Positions 39,306 to 49,110 of a stretch of DNA of 64,000 bases are shown piece by piece. The first letter of the stretch is position 1; each line of letters begins with the position of its first letter. The translations under genes and the position numbers were made by a program. The notes below the pieces were generated by a model, which saw nothing but the letters and a program-made list of their open reading frames with translations, had not been told where the DNA came from and made no database searches. Source of the DNA: a candidate division Kazan bacterium RIFCSPHIGHO2_01_FULL_44_14 (GTDB taxonomy: Bacteria; Patescibacteriota; Kazan-3B-28); assembly GCA_001771185.1 (NCBI GenBank), contig METB01000001.1, positions 5,875 through 69,874 of the forward strand. Direction: 5' to 3'.

Positions 39306-39728
39306 ATGCCCAAGCATAGTTTTATGGAGAAAAAGCGAACAAAATTCTGGTGGGCCAAGCCGTGGTTGTACGGTTTTTGGGTGGCCTTAGGTGCATTTGC
39401 ATTAATATTGATTGCTAAGTTTGGGACGGACATGTTATCGGCCAGCCAAGCGGCCACTGCTGATACGGCTGGTGGGATGGGATTTGACGCTTATCTTTGT
39501 TCGGCCATTACTTATGCCAACGCTCTAATCGGCGTGTTGGCGGTATTTACGGTGATTATGGCGGGGGTTTCGTACATGACATCAAGTGGCGGGAAAGAGG
39601 GGATTAGTACTGCAAAAAGTATGATTGTGGCCGCGATTACCGGCGTGTTGTTGTACGCCATGGGGCAGTTGTTACTGGGGACTTGCGGAACTGGGGCTGG
39701 CGGTTTAATTACCCGATTCTTCAACTGA
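39306..39728 (+). CDS. VirB2/TrbC-like type IV secretion pilin candidate
   Basis: 140 aa: a long signal segment, then two hydrophobic helices separated by a short loop (…ALIGVLAVFTVIMAGVSYMTSSGG…IVAAITGVLLYAMG), as in T-pilin/TrbC subunits. Confidence 0.45.
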   Translation: MPKHSFMEKKRTKFWWAKPWLYGFWVALGAFALILIAKFGTDMLSASQAATADTAGGMGFDAYLCSAITYANALIGVLAVFTVIMAGVSYMTSSGGKEGISTAKSMIVAAITGVLLYAMGQLLLGTCGTGAGGLITRFFN

Positions 39729-39934
39729 TAATTGCTACTGCTCTATTCAATATTGATTATTCCATGAGTGATTCGGCCGTATGACAGAAGAGTCGAAGGG
39801 ACAATCATCTTATGGCTTTCGACCCTGCCCGTAATGCTACGCTCAACAGAAGCGCTGTATCTGTCGCGAGCTGGCATAGCGTTGCAGGCGGATACACTTA
39901 GGCAATAAGGGGAAGATAACAAACCCTATTTTTT

Positions 39935-42760
39935 ATGAAGGATCGTATCGAGGTGCGGGGGGCGAGAGAGCACAACCTCAAGAATATTAGCGTGGACATC
40001 CCCAAAAACCAACTGGTAGTAATTACCGGTCTTTCGGGGTCTGGTAAATCATCACTAGCGTTCGATACGATTTATGCCGAAGGACACCGGCGGTATGTCG
40101 AAAGTTTGTCGGCGTATGCTCGGCAGTTTTTGGGCGCGGCCAATAAACCAGATGTCGATAGTATCGAAGGATTAAGCCCGGCGATTTCGATTGACCAAAA
40201 ATCGTCTTCATCTAATCCCCGGTCAACGGTTGGAACGATTACTGAAATTTATGATTACTTGCGGTTATTGTATGCCAGAATCGGTATTCCTCATTGTCCG
40301 AAGTGCGGTGATGCAGTTGTGCGTCAGAGTATTGATCAAATTATTCCGCAACTAATCGCTTTACAGCTGGAACAAGCGATGATTTTGGCACCGATAGTGG
40401 TAGATCGAAAAGGCGAATTTAAACAGGAATTGGCCGACATCAAAAAATCTGGTTATGTCCGAGTGCGGGTAGACGGCAGTTTGTATGATTTGGATGAATT
40501 ACCGATTTTAGACAAAAATAAGAAACATACGATTGATGCGGTGGTGGATCGATTAAGTTTGCGAATCGAAAGTGGTGATGACCGGATTCGATTGGTGGAT
40601 TCAGTTGAAACAGCACTGAAATTAGGCGGGGGAAAAATCAAGGTGGTAAGCGATGATGAAGAATGGTTTTTCTCGGAAAGTTTATCGTGTCCGAAATGTG
40701 ATATTAGTGTGCCGGAGTTTGAACCACGTCATTTTTCGTTTAATAGTCCGCACGGGGCTTGCCCAAAATGCACTGGTTTGGGAGTGACTTTGGAATTGGA
40801 TCCCGACTTATTAATTGCTAATAAGAAACTAAGTATTTCTGAAGGGGCAATCAAACCGTGGGGCGTGAACATGACTAGCGGCGGCGGCTGGAACCATCGA
40901 ATTTTGATGGCGGTGGCCAAACTGCATAAATTTGATTTGGATATGCCGGTGCGAGATTTGTCGGCTGAGGTCTTGAAAATTATTTTATACGGTACTGACG
41001 AGGAAGAAATTTTGGTGGAATACCAAACCCCGCATGGCAAAATCAATGAATATGTGACCAAGTTCGAAGGGGTAATCCCGAATTTGATGCGGAGATATCA
41101 TGAAACCGAGTCCGAATTCATTCGAACCGAAATTGAGCAATTTATGATGACAAAATTGTGTTCGGAATGCCAAGGGGCACGGCTGAAGCCGGAGGTCTTG
41201 GCGGTAACAGTTGGCGAAAAATCTATAGTTGAAGTATCGCGGATGCCGGTTCGTAGTGCGGCGGAATTTTTTGTCGGTTTGAAGTTAAATAAACAGGATC
41301 AGACGATTGTGGCGCAAATTTTAAAAGAAGTGGGAGAGCGATTAGGATTTTTGCGGAATGTCGGATTGGAATATTTAACTCTGGATCGGTCAGCCAATAC
41401 TTTGTCGGGCGGAGAGGCCCAGCGGATTCGGTTGGCTACTCAAATTGGGTCAGGACTGTCGGGGGTAATTTACATTTTGGATGAACCGTCGATTGGTTTG
41501 CATCAGCATGACAATCGGAGGTTGATTCAGACCTTAATCCGGTTACGGGATTTGGGCAATACAGTTCTAGTGGTGGAACACGACGAAGAAACCATTCGAT
41601 CGAGTGATTGGGTGGTGGATGTGGGACCGTTAGCCGGGAAATTGGGTGGAGAAATTGTGGCTGAAGGGACACCAGCCCAAATTGAGAAAAATAGTAAATC
41701 GTTGACCGGGCAATATTTGTCTGGCAAAAAGAAAATCGAAGTGCCGAGAAAACGGCGTCAGCCCAACGGCAAATGGCTGAAAATTTTAGGGGCAAGTGAA
41801 TTTAATTTAAAGAATTTAGATGTTTCGATTCCGTTGCAATTATTTGTCTGCGTCACTGGCCTATCTGGTTCTGGTAAATCAACGCTGATTAACGAAATCT
41901 TGGCCAAGCGACTATCTAAAGAATTGCATCAAGCCCATACAGTGCCCGGTCGACACAAAGCGATGGAGGGGATTTCGTATTTGGATAAAGTAATTAACAT
42001 TGACCAGTCGCCAATTGGTCGGAGTCCAAGGAGCAATCCGGCGACTTATACTACGGCCTTTACTTACATTCGCGATTTGTTTGCGTCTCTGCCCGAGGCC
42101 AAAGCCAGAGGGTATAAACAAGGGCGGTTTTCTTTCAACGTCAAAGGTGGTCGGTGCGAAAATTGTCGGGGCGATGGGGTGATAAAAATTGAAATGCATT
42201 TCCTGACCGATGTTTATGTGCCATGTGATGTGTGTCAGGGTCGGCGGTATAACAAAGAGACCCTAGAAATCCATTACAAGGGTAAAAGCGTGGCTGATAT
42301 TTTGGATTTGACGGTGGATGACGCTGCTGAATTTTTTGCCAATATTCCGCCAATCAAAACCAAAATGGAAACCCTGCAGGAAGTGGGTTTGGGTTATATC
42401 AAATTAGGTCAGCCAGCGACGCAATTGTCTGGCGGTGAAGCCCAGCGGGTGAAACTTTCGACTGAACTGTCCCGTCGGGCGACTGGGAAGACCTTGTATA
42501 TTTTAGATGAACCAACCACTGGTTTGCATTTTGAAGATACTAAAAAATTACTGCATGTTTTACACCAATTGGTCGAAAAAGGAAATTCGGTACTGGTGAT
42601 TGAACACAACTTGGATGTAATCAAAACCGCTGACTGGATTATTGATTTAGGTCCAGAGGGCGGGGATGCTGGCGGGGAGATTATTGCCGAAGGAACCCCA
42701 GAGCAAGTCGCGAAAATCAAAAAGTCCTACACCGGGAAATATTTGTCTAAACTTTTATAG
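39935..42760 (+). CDS. uvrA: Excinuclease ABC subunit A
   Basis: Two ABC ATPase modules (GLSGSGKSS / GLSGSGKST), LSGGEAQR signatures, and zinc fingers. Confidence 0.95.
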   Translation: MKDRIEVRGAREHNLKNISVDIPKNQLVVITGLSGSGKSSLAFDTIYAEGHRRYVESLSAYARQFLGAANKPDVDSIEGLSPAISIDQKSSSSNPRSTVGTITEIYDYLRLLYARIGIPHCPKCGDAVVRQSIDQIIPQLIALQLEQAMILAPIVVDRKGEFKQELADIKKSGYVRVRVDGSLYDLDELPILDKNKKHTIDAVVDRLSLRIESGDDRIRLVDSVETALKLGGGKIKVVSDDEEWFFSESLSCPKCDISVPEFEPRHFSFNSPHGACPKCTGLGVTLELDPDLLIANKKLSISEGAIKPWGVNMTSGGGWNHRILMAVAKLHKFDLDMPVRDLSAEVLKIILYGTDEEEILVEYQTPHGKINEYVTKFEGVIPNLMRRYHETESEFIRTEIEQFMMTKLCSECQGARLKPEVLAVTVGEKSIVEVSRMPVRSAAEFFVGLKLNKQDQTIVAQILKEVGERLGFLRNVGLEYLTLDRSANTLSGGEAQRIRLATQIGSGLSGVIYILDEPSIGLHQHDNRRLIQTLIRLRDLGNTVLVVEHDEETIRSSDWVVDVGPLAGKLGGEIVAEGTPAQIEKNSKSLTGQYLSGKKKIEVPRKRRQPNGKWLKILGASEFNLKNLDVSIPLQLFVCVTGLSGSGKSTLINEILAKRLSKELHQAHTVPGRHKAMEGISYLDKVINIDQSPIGRSPRSNPATYTTAFTYIRDLFASLPEAKARGYKQGRFSFNVKGGRCENCRGDGVIKIEMHFLTDVYVPCDVCQGRRYNKETLEIHYKGKSVADILDLTVDDAAEFFANIPPIKTKMETLQEVGLGYIKLGQPATQLSGGEAQRVKLSTELSRRATGKTLYILDEPTTGLHFEDTKKLLHVLHQLVEKGNSVLVIEHNLDVIKTADWIIDLGPEGGDAGGEIIAEGTPEQVAKIKKSYTGKYLSKLL

Positions 42761-43617
42761 GTTAACCGTAATTTTTGGTTTCCCGAGGCACCGCCTGCCC
42801 ATCGAAGCCTTGGCGTAGTTGGGAGGGACTACCTTGATTTCTTTTGCCACCCCATCCGTCGGGATAATTTCTAATTTCTAATTTCTAATCAAATCCCAAT
42901 GACTGAATGTTTCAAAATTAAGATATTAAATCATTCACTCAATCCGTCAGCCCCAAAAGAAAGGGGGGTCTTAGACCCTGACGGACAAAATTACTTGCTG
43001 GGATACCATAACTTTTCACTATCCCTACAGGGTTGACGGGAATTAAATGGTGTGGTAACATAAAAATCGTTGTATCAGAGCGGTTCTGACACCTGACGGG
43101 ACGCTGTTATTTTGGCTGGTGAGTGGGACTCGCAGGGTTCCCCCGGCAAAAACCAAGAACCTCCGCTAAAAACTGGAATTTAAGCAAGATTCCAAGTTCA
43201 GGAGATAAGCTCTCGTTTAGTGAAAGGTGTACCGTACACGATACCTGTCTATGTTCATTGAGGTACGGGAGAGAGGAGGATATGCCGTCCAATGTTGTGG
43301 CGGAAATCAAATCCCTCCCAATTGTTCTGCTGCCAAAAGTAGCATTGCTCTGTTCTTCTCTTTTTTTGTCTCTCTTTTTTGTCCGTAAGGGCCTTGCGGG
43401 AGATCGAGACAATCGCCAGTAGTCCTGCGTTGGGGACATGGATGATTGTATGGACGCAGCGATGCTAACCTGGCTAGCGGATGATGGGGAGCAACTTCCC
43501 CTAACGCGCGCTTTTGGTCGCACCCGTTCTAATTGATGAAGCGAGTAGCGGAGCCAGGGTGGAGGGATGGCCACGAATTTCCGCCAGTCATCCTCTCGGC
43601 CAAAGCGAACAAGTAAG

Positions 43618-43651
43618 AGCCTCGGATTAAAAACCGGGGCTCCTTTTTATT
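43618..43651 (+). terminator. Rho-independent terminator gagcctcgg-attaaaaa-ccggggctc + CTTTTTATT
   Basis: It ends a ~600-nt stretch (43040-43650) that has no credible ORF. Confidence 0.6.
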
Positions 43652-44057
43652 CATACAATTCAGATTGGTGAGATGGGTGAGAAAATGTTATAAAAAGAAA
43701 CGGCCGTCTATTTATAAAACATATTTTCTCTATAGGGTTGACACCGAATTCTGCTGTGGTAATCTGGTCGCGTTCCCTGCTGTTGGACTGTGAGTTTTGC
43801 CCTCCCCCCAAAGGAATCCCATAGGTCCGATATGCGGGTGAATTGTTCTTGAACCGGAAGCCGGCCATAATCTCTCAACTATAGTGCCAGATGTCTGGAA
43901 GCGATAGCATCATGCTGTGACCCAGAGGCATTTTATCAGTTGAAGGCCGCCATTGTCTGCTGAAGATATGGATGGCAAAATGACCGGTATAAATTAAGGG
44001 TCCCCATTGCGCAAGCTGGGGACCTGTTTTTATGTTCGGTCAGGCATAATAGAGGAG

Positions 44058-46106
44058 ATGACCTATAAGTTTTCAGCGAAGAATTTTCCTGACAAACCCG
44101 GTGTGTATTTGATGTACGGGGAGAGATTGCCGCGCTCCGCTCGCAATGACGAGAAGGGGCCAGTTTTGTATGTGGGGAAGGCCAAAAACTTGAAGAAGCG
44201 GCTAAGTTCTTATTTTCAAGGTAGCCTTTCGACTCGCTCCGCTCGCTTAGGGTCTAACGGCAAACTAGTCAGCCCCAAAACGATAGCATTGGTGGAGCGA
44301 ATCCATAAAATCGACACAATTGCAGTGAAGAATGAGCTCGAAGCGTTGTTGCTGGAAAATGAATTAATCAAAAAATATCGGCCAAATTTCAATGTGGTAA
44401 TGCGGGATGATAAATCGTATCTATATATTCGGATTACGGTTAATGAAGAATTCCCGCGAATTTTATTAGCTCGTAAAGTCGCCAAAGATGGGGCGAGATA
44501 TTTTGGGCCGTACGCCAGTTCGGGGCCGGTGTATGAGGGGTTGAAGTTGATCAATCGGACTTTCCCGGTCTGTACCGGCGTGGTGGGGCAAAAAAGAGCG
44601 TGCATGAATTATCATTTGAAGATTTGTCCAGGAGTGTGCGTGGGGCGAGTTAGTTCAAAGGAATATCGGAAGACCATCGATCAGGTGATGCGATTTTTGC
44701 ATGGCAACTATCCACCGGTGATTAAACAATTAAAGGCGGAAATGCAGCGGTTGTCGGCTAATCGGGAGTTTGAGCGGGCGGCGCGGATTCGAGATGGGCT
44801 GAAAGCGCTGGAGGCGATTAATGAACGGCAGAGCGTGGTGCGAGCCAACTTGTCGGTCAGTGAGGACGCGATTGGGGTAGCGCGAGAGCTGAATAAGGCA
44901 ATGGTAGTGCTGTTGCAGGTGCGGTCGGGTAAACTGCTTAATCAACAGCAATATGCGATCGATACTAAATATGAAACGGAACTGCCAGAGATTTTGGCGG
45001 GGTTTTTGCGGGATTATTATAGCGAGGCAGCGGACTTGCCAAAGACGATTTTGTTACCGGAAATGATTGAGGGAAATGAAGCGTTTGAAAGGTGGCTGAC
45101 TAATTTGACTGGTAAAGCTATCGGATTGAAAGTTCCGGCCAAGGGTCGGCAGCGGGCAATAGTCAGATTGGCGCAGTCAAATGCCCAAATGAAATTCAAT
45201 CAAATTTCCGGACGCTGGAAATTGGAAAAAGTAGTGGCGACCGAAGGAGTGAAGGGGTTGAAGAAAATCCTAAAGCTAAAAAAAATCGAGCGGATTGAGG
45301 CCTATGATATCTCCAACCTGCAGGGTACCGATTCGGTCGGGGCGATGGTGGTGTGGGAAAAGGGGCAACTGGATAAAAAACAATATCGCAGGTTTAAGAT
45401 CAAAACCGTAGTTGGTCCGAATGATTTTGCATCGTTGGCCGAGGTACTGAAACGGAGATTTGCATATCTTTCTTCTTCGGTCATCCCCGTCTCTCCTTCC
45501 GTCATTCCCAGGAAGGCGGGAATCCAGATAAAAAAAGACAACAAAGGTAGTCCCTTCCTCCTTCGCCCAAGCCGACTACGCTCTACAAGCTACGACAGGC
45601 CAAGGGCTACGGGCGGGCAGGCGGTTCCTCGGGATGGCAAAACTACCGATGGCAGTTTTGTTGTTTTGCCTGACGTGGTCTTGATTGATGGCGGTAAAGG
45701 ACAAGTTAACACGATTGCGAGGGTATTGAAAGATTACAAAGTGGCGGTGATTGGGATTGCTAAAGGTAGTCATAGTCGGACAAAAGCTAGGGATGAGCTG
45801 ATATTATGGAAGCATTCCTCCTTCGCCAAGGCTTCGGAGGATCTGCGAGATAATTCGCCGACCAAAATGTTGTTGCAGAACATTCGGGATGAAGTGCATC
45901 GCTTTGCTGTCGCATATCACACAAGTTTGCGTAAAAAACGCACGATCACCTCTGGGTTAGAAAAAATTGCTGGGATTGGGGCAGTAACGCGCAAGAAGTT
46001 AATTAAAGCATTTGGGAGTATGGCTGGAGTTAGGGCCGCGTCCGCGGGGGAGATTGCGAAAGTGGTAGGGGAAAATTTAGCGAAAAAAATTAAAGATTCT
46101 TTTTAA
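44058..46106 (+). CDS. uvrC: Excinuclease ABC subunit C; carries a ~55-aa in-frame repeat-derived insertion at about 45470-45660
   Basis: GIY-YIG (PGVYLM...YVGKAKNL), UvrBC-interaction region, RNaseH-like domain (VVLIDGGKGQ) and a (HhH)2 C-terminus. The insertion SSSVIPVSPSVIPRKAGIQIKKDNKG... is encoded by the same module found in cysS, in inverted orientation. Confidence 0.9.
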   Translation: MTYKFSAKNFPDKPGVYLMYGERLPRSARNDEKGPVLYVGKAKNLKKRLSSYFQGSLSTRSARLGSNGKLVSPKTIALVERIHKIDTIAVKNELEALLLENELIKKYRPNFNVVMRDDKSYLYIRITVNEEFPRILLARKVAKDGARYFGPYASSGPVYEGLKLINRTFPVCTGVVGQKRACMNYHLKICPGVCVGRVSSKEYRKTIDQVMRFLHGNYPPVIKQLKAEMQRLSANREFERAARIRDGLKALEAINERQSVVRANLSVSEDAIGVARELNKAMVVLLQVRSGKLLNQQQYAIDTKYETELPEILAGFLRDYYSEAADLPKTILLPEMIEGNEAFERWLTNLTGKAIGLKVPAKGRQRAIVRLAQSNAQMKFNQISGRWKLEKVVATEGVKGLKKILKLKKIERIEAYDISNLQGTDSVGAMVVWEKGQLDKKQYRRFKIKTVVGPNDFASLAEVLKRRFAYLSSSVIPVSPSVIPRKAGIQIKKDNKGSPFLLRPSRLRSTSYDRPRATGGQAVPRDGKTTDGSFVVLPDVVLIDGGKGQVNTIARVLKDYKVAVIGIAKGSHSRTKARDELILWKHSSFAKASEDLRDNSPTKMLLQNIRDEVHRFAVAYHTSLRKKRTITSGLEKIAGIGAVTRKKLIKAFGSMAGVRAASAGEIAKVVGENLAKKIKDSF

Positions 46107-46120
46107 TTACTTTTCTTTTT

Positions 46121-46340
46121 TGTCATCCTGGATTTTCCGCCAACTGGCGGATCAGAATCTATTTAATTTCTTTTGCCACCCCATTTGTTTGTAATCTTTT
46201 TGACCGCGGAATGGCGGTCAATCCATTCCCGCTTTGGCTTGTCAAAGCGGGGCAAAACGCTGGCCTGTGTTCGTCGGGTCTATTCATTGGCTAAATTGCT
46301 AGGCGCTCTCGGCGGACTAAACCGCCTCCGCCCTAGTCGC
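46121..46340. repeat. About 225-bp dispersed repeat element, copy 2
   Basis: See 22441-22665. Confidence 0.65.
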
Positions 46341-46502
46341 AATTTAGCTCAATTCAGTACAACCCTCCTCCAATGGCGGAGGAGGATAAAAGATTGACCC
46401 AGAGCGGGATTTGGGATAGGATAGAGGCGTTAGGTGGGGTCTGAAGTTTAGTAGGACAATTCAACCACCAGCATCTTGAAAAGATGTCGTAAGGAGCTGA
46501 CT

Positions 46503-47210
46503 ATGGGGACCAAAAAGGGAACCGTGCTCGTCTCTGATGTCAAAGGGGAATTTACCGACCTTCTGGCGAAGCTCGGTGGATCCAATGGCGAGGATTGGCA
46601 TAAAGCTCTTGATCGGTTTCTCCGCCGGGAGAATCCTTGGGAGCATGAGAAGCTTCCTACGTGGAAGAATATTCGTGTTCCAGGGAACCATTTGCTAAGT
46701 GGTAGGGAATTTCTTAGCCACTTCCAAGAGCTCAACATTAAAGTTCTCCACCCGTGGCCAAGACGCGTTCTTGATGATGTAAAGACATTTAAGCGCTTAT
46801 GGCACGATTTGCATCTCGTTAGAGTAAGCGCACGGGAGTTGGAGCTTCCTGGGTTTTACTGCGATGTAACGGGGAGGCTAACTCGGCGGGAGCGTGAGGA
46901 TGTCAGCGCGGATAATGTTGCTAGTAACTTGGTATACATCCGGGAACTTAGACAGCACGTGCCAAAGATGGGCTTATCGCCCTGTCCGCCAGAGGCCTTA
47001 TTGTGGCTTCGGCTCCGATACATAGACCAGCCGAAGGGCGAGAAGTTGCTAGTGTGGTGGGAGAGCAAACCGCACGAGCTCAACAACCTGCCAATTCTAG
47101 AGAATTCCGAGGGTGAGCTGTGGATAGGCGCATTTAGCCCGAATGGACTCGAGATGAGCGAGGATGCGTGCATCAACCTTGACCAGGAGATTGTCTTTTT
47201 TAAGGATTAG
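46503..47210 (+). CDS. Orphan hypothetical protein (GC-elevated cassette 4)
   Basis: About 235 aa from the ATG at 46503, which follows an AAGGAG RBS. No recognisable domain. Followed by a terminator. Confidence 0.45.
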   Translation: MGTKKGTVLVSDVKGEFTDLLAKLGGSNGEDWHKALDRFLRRENPWEHEKLPTWKNIRVPGNHLLSGREFLSHFQELNIKVLHPWPRRVLDDVKTFKRLWHDLHLVRVSARELELPGFYCDVTGRLTRREREDVSADNVASNLVYIRELRQHVPKMGLSPCPPEALLWLRLRYIDQPKGEKLLVWWESKPHELNNLPILENSEGELWIGAFSPNGLEMSEDACINLDQEIVFFKD

Positions 47211-47248
47211 CCACATCTTCCCGGTCATCAAAGTAGTTCCTTTAATTG

Positions 47249-47285
47249 AGGCGGTTTGATTAATTTCGAACCGCCTATTTTTTTA
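47249..47285 (+). terminator. Rho-independent terminator ggcggtt...aaccgcc + TATTTTTTT
   Basis: A 7-bp stem with a large loop, followed by a T-tract. Confidence 0.6.
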
Positions 47286-47354
47286 TTCATTGGTTAGATT
47301 GAAATAAATTGGTTAGATTGGTTTAGATTTACCCGTTAGGGCTATAATAGGACT

Positions 47355-47633
47355 ATGAATGGGATGAGAGCAGTTGGAGCAGTGGCGGGAATTGTACTGG
47401 TGCTAGGCGCACTGATGGTGTTTGGTCAGTATTTGAATCGCTCGACTGGCGGGGCAAGTGCGGATGTTATCAATCTGGCAGACCTGCCGAGCCAGGTGGT
47501 TTTAAGTAAGGATGACTACGCTACTGCCTTACAACTGATTGATTCATACAAACAGGCCTATGACCTGCCAACCAAGAATGGGCTGATTGATGACTTGAAG
47601 GCATTGCTGACGGCGGTGGCAATAAGGGAGTGA
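47355..47633 (+). CDS. Small secreted/anchored hypothetical protein
   Basis: 92 aa with an N-terminal hydrophobic segment. Confidence 0.35.
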   Translation: MNGMRAVGAVAGIVLVLGALMVFGQYLNRSTGGASADVINLADLPSQVVLSKDDYATALQLIDSYKQAYDLPTKNGLIDDLKALLTAVAIRE

Positions 47634-47961
47634 AGGGTTAAGAGATATCCCATTCCCTCCGTTCGTCGGGACATCGCTGGTTCCTCGGGGAAGTAGGTAA
47701 GCGGGTTAGCCGGTAAGCAAAACCCACCGAGTGGCTCTTTGATTCTGCTGTACAGCAGAACTACGGAAGGACCTGCGGTGATAGGTGATAAGTGACAAGT
47801 TTAGGGGAAGACGGGTAGGAGAGAGGGAACGACTCGGGATAGTAGCCAGTAAATACGCTCGTGGAGCGTATTTATGTTGATTTTGTCCACATTTTTACAG
47901 GGGTAGAACGCAGTTGACAAACACCTGGCGATATGGTATAATTAGGATGTAGGTAGAGAAC

Positions 47962-49086
47962 ATGGAAAATTCCGACAACAACATGGAGCCAGAATCGGTA
48001 ATCAAATCGATTATGGTTGAACAGGAAGAAAAGAGCCGGGGAGCGCTTGATCCTTTTGTGGTGGCAATCAATGCGATGAATGGTCTTAAAGAAAGAGAGC
48101 GCGATGTGATAATCAACCGCTACGGTTTAGAGAATGGTAAGAAAGTGACATTAGAAGCGGTGGGTAAAAAGTTTAATATTACTCGTGAGCGGGTTCGTCA
48201 GATTGAATCCGCGACTTTGCGCAAACTAATTGAAAAACCAACTAAGGATTTGGTGCAATTGATTAAATTGATCAATAGTCATTTATCTGAAGTTGGCGGA
48301 GTATTGTCGGTTAATGGTTTGACTAGTTATCTAAAATCACCTCAAGCCGATCAGGCGGAACTTAAAACTAATGCTTTGCGGTTAGTGATGGACGTAAACG
48401 AAGCAGTAGTGGCATTACCGAATTTGTCAGAACTGCAGACCGGTTGGATGAAGCGCGGTTTCCCGCAAAATTTAATTACGCCGATTTTATCGGCTTTGGC
48501 CAAGGTTTTGACTGATGCCAATCGGACGATGACCGAAAAAGAATTATGGGAAGCACTATTGCATCAAGAGACCTACCAAACTTATGAATCACAACTTAGC
48601 CCAACAATATTAACTGGACTGCTAAGCATCTCAACTCAAATTGCTCAAGCGGCTGATGGTAAGTGGGGACTGGCTGCCTGGCCAACTGTGGTGCCGAAGC
48701 GAATTCGGGATAAGGTATTTTTGATTTTAGAAGTCAGTGGTAAACCGAAGCATTTTACTGATATTGCTGAAGCGATTAACCGGGCTTATCCGGCGGGAAA
48801 GCCAGTATTGAGTCGGACGGTCCACAATGAATTGATTGGCGACAAGCGGTTTGTGTTGGTCGGTCGAGGGATTTATGCTTTGAAATCCTGGGGGTTCCAG
48901 CCGGGCGTGGTTTTAGATGTGGTGAAAGAAGTTTTGAAACAAGCCGGTCGGCCGTTGTCAGTTGAAGATATTATCGAAGCCGTATTGGCAAAACGGGAAG
49001 TGAAACGAAATACGGTAGTGGCTAACTTACAGAATAAATCGATGTTTAGAAAAGTTGGTCGCGGTTTGTACGAATTGGTGGAATAA
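47962..49086 (+). CDS. Protein with an N-terminal sigma-70 region-4-like HTH and a ~280-aa unknown C-terminal domain
   Basis: [12 protein letters not shown]...[27 protein letters not shown] matches the sigma70 r4 signature. It lies immediately upstream of the HerA/TraD-like ATPase. Confidence 0.5.
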   Translation: MENSDNNMEPESVIKSIMVEQEEKSRGALDPFVVAINAMNGLKERERDVIINRYGLENGKKVTLEAVGKKFNITRERVRQIESATLRKLIEKPTKDLVQLIKLINSHLSEVGGVLSVNGLTSYLKSPQADQAELKTNALRLVMDVNEAVVALPNLSELQTGWMKRGFPQNLITPILSALAKVLTDANRTMTEKELWEALLHQETYQTYESQLSPTILTGLLSISTQIAQAADGKWGLAAWPTVVPKRIRDKVFLILEVSGKPKHFTDIAEAINRAYPAGKPVLSRTVHNELIGDKRFVLVGRGIYALKSWGFQPGVVLDVVKEVLKQAGRPLSVEDIIEAVLAKREVKRNTVVANLQNKSMFRKVGRGLYELVE

Positions 49087-49110
49087 TTAGTTAGATTTAA
49101 TAACGCAGAT

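Noticed and set aside
43107-43574. 155-aa minus-strand ORF and the overlapping 99-aa plus-strand ORF between uvrA and uvrC
   Set aside because: Both are low-complexity, mutually overlapping, and lack start context. The region is more likely non-coding; it is terminator-capped on the + strand.
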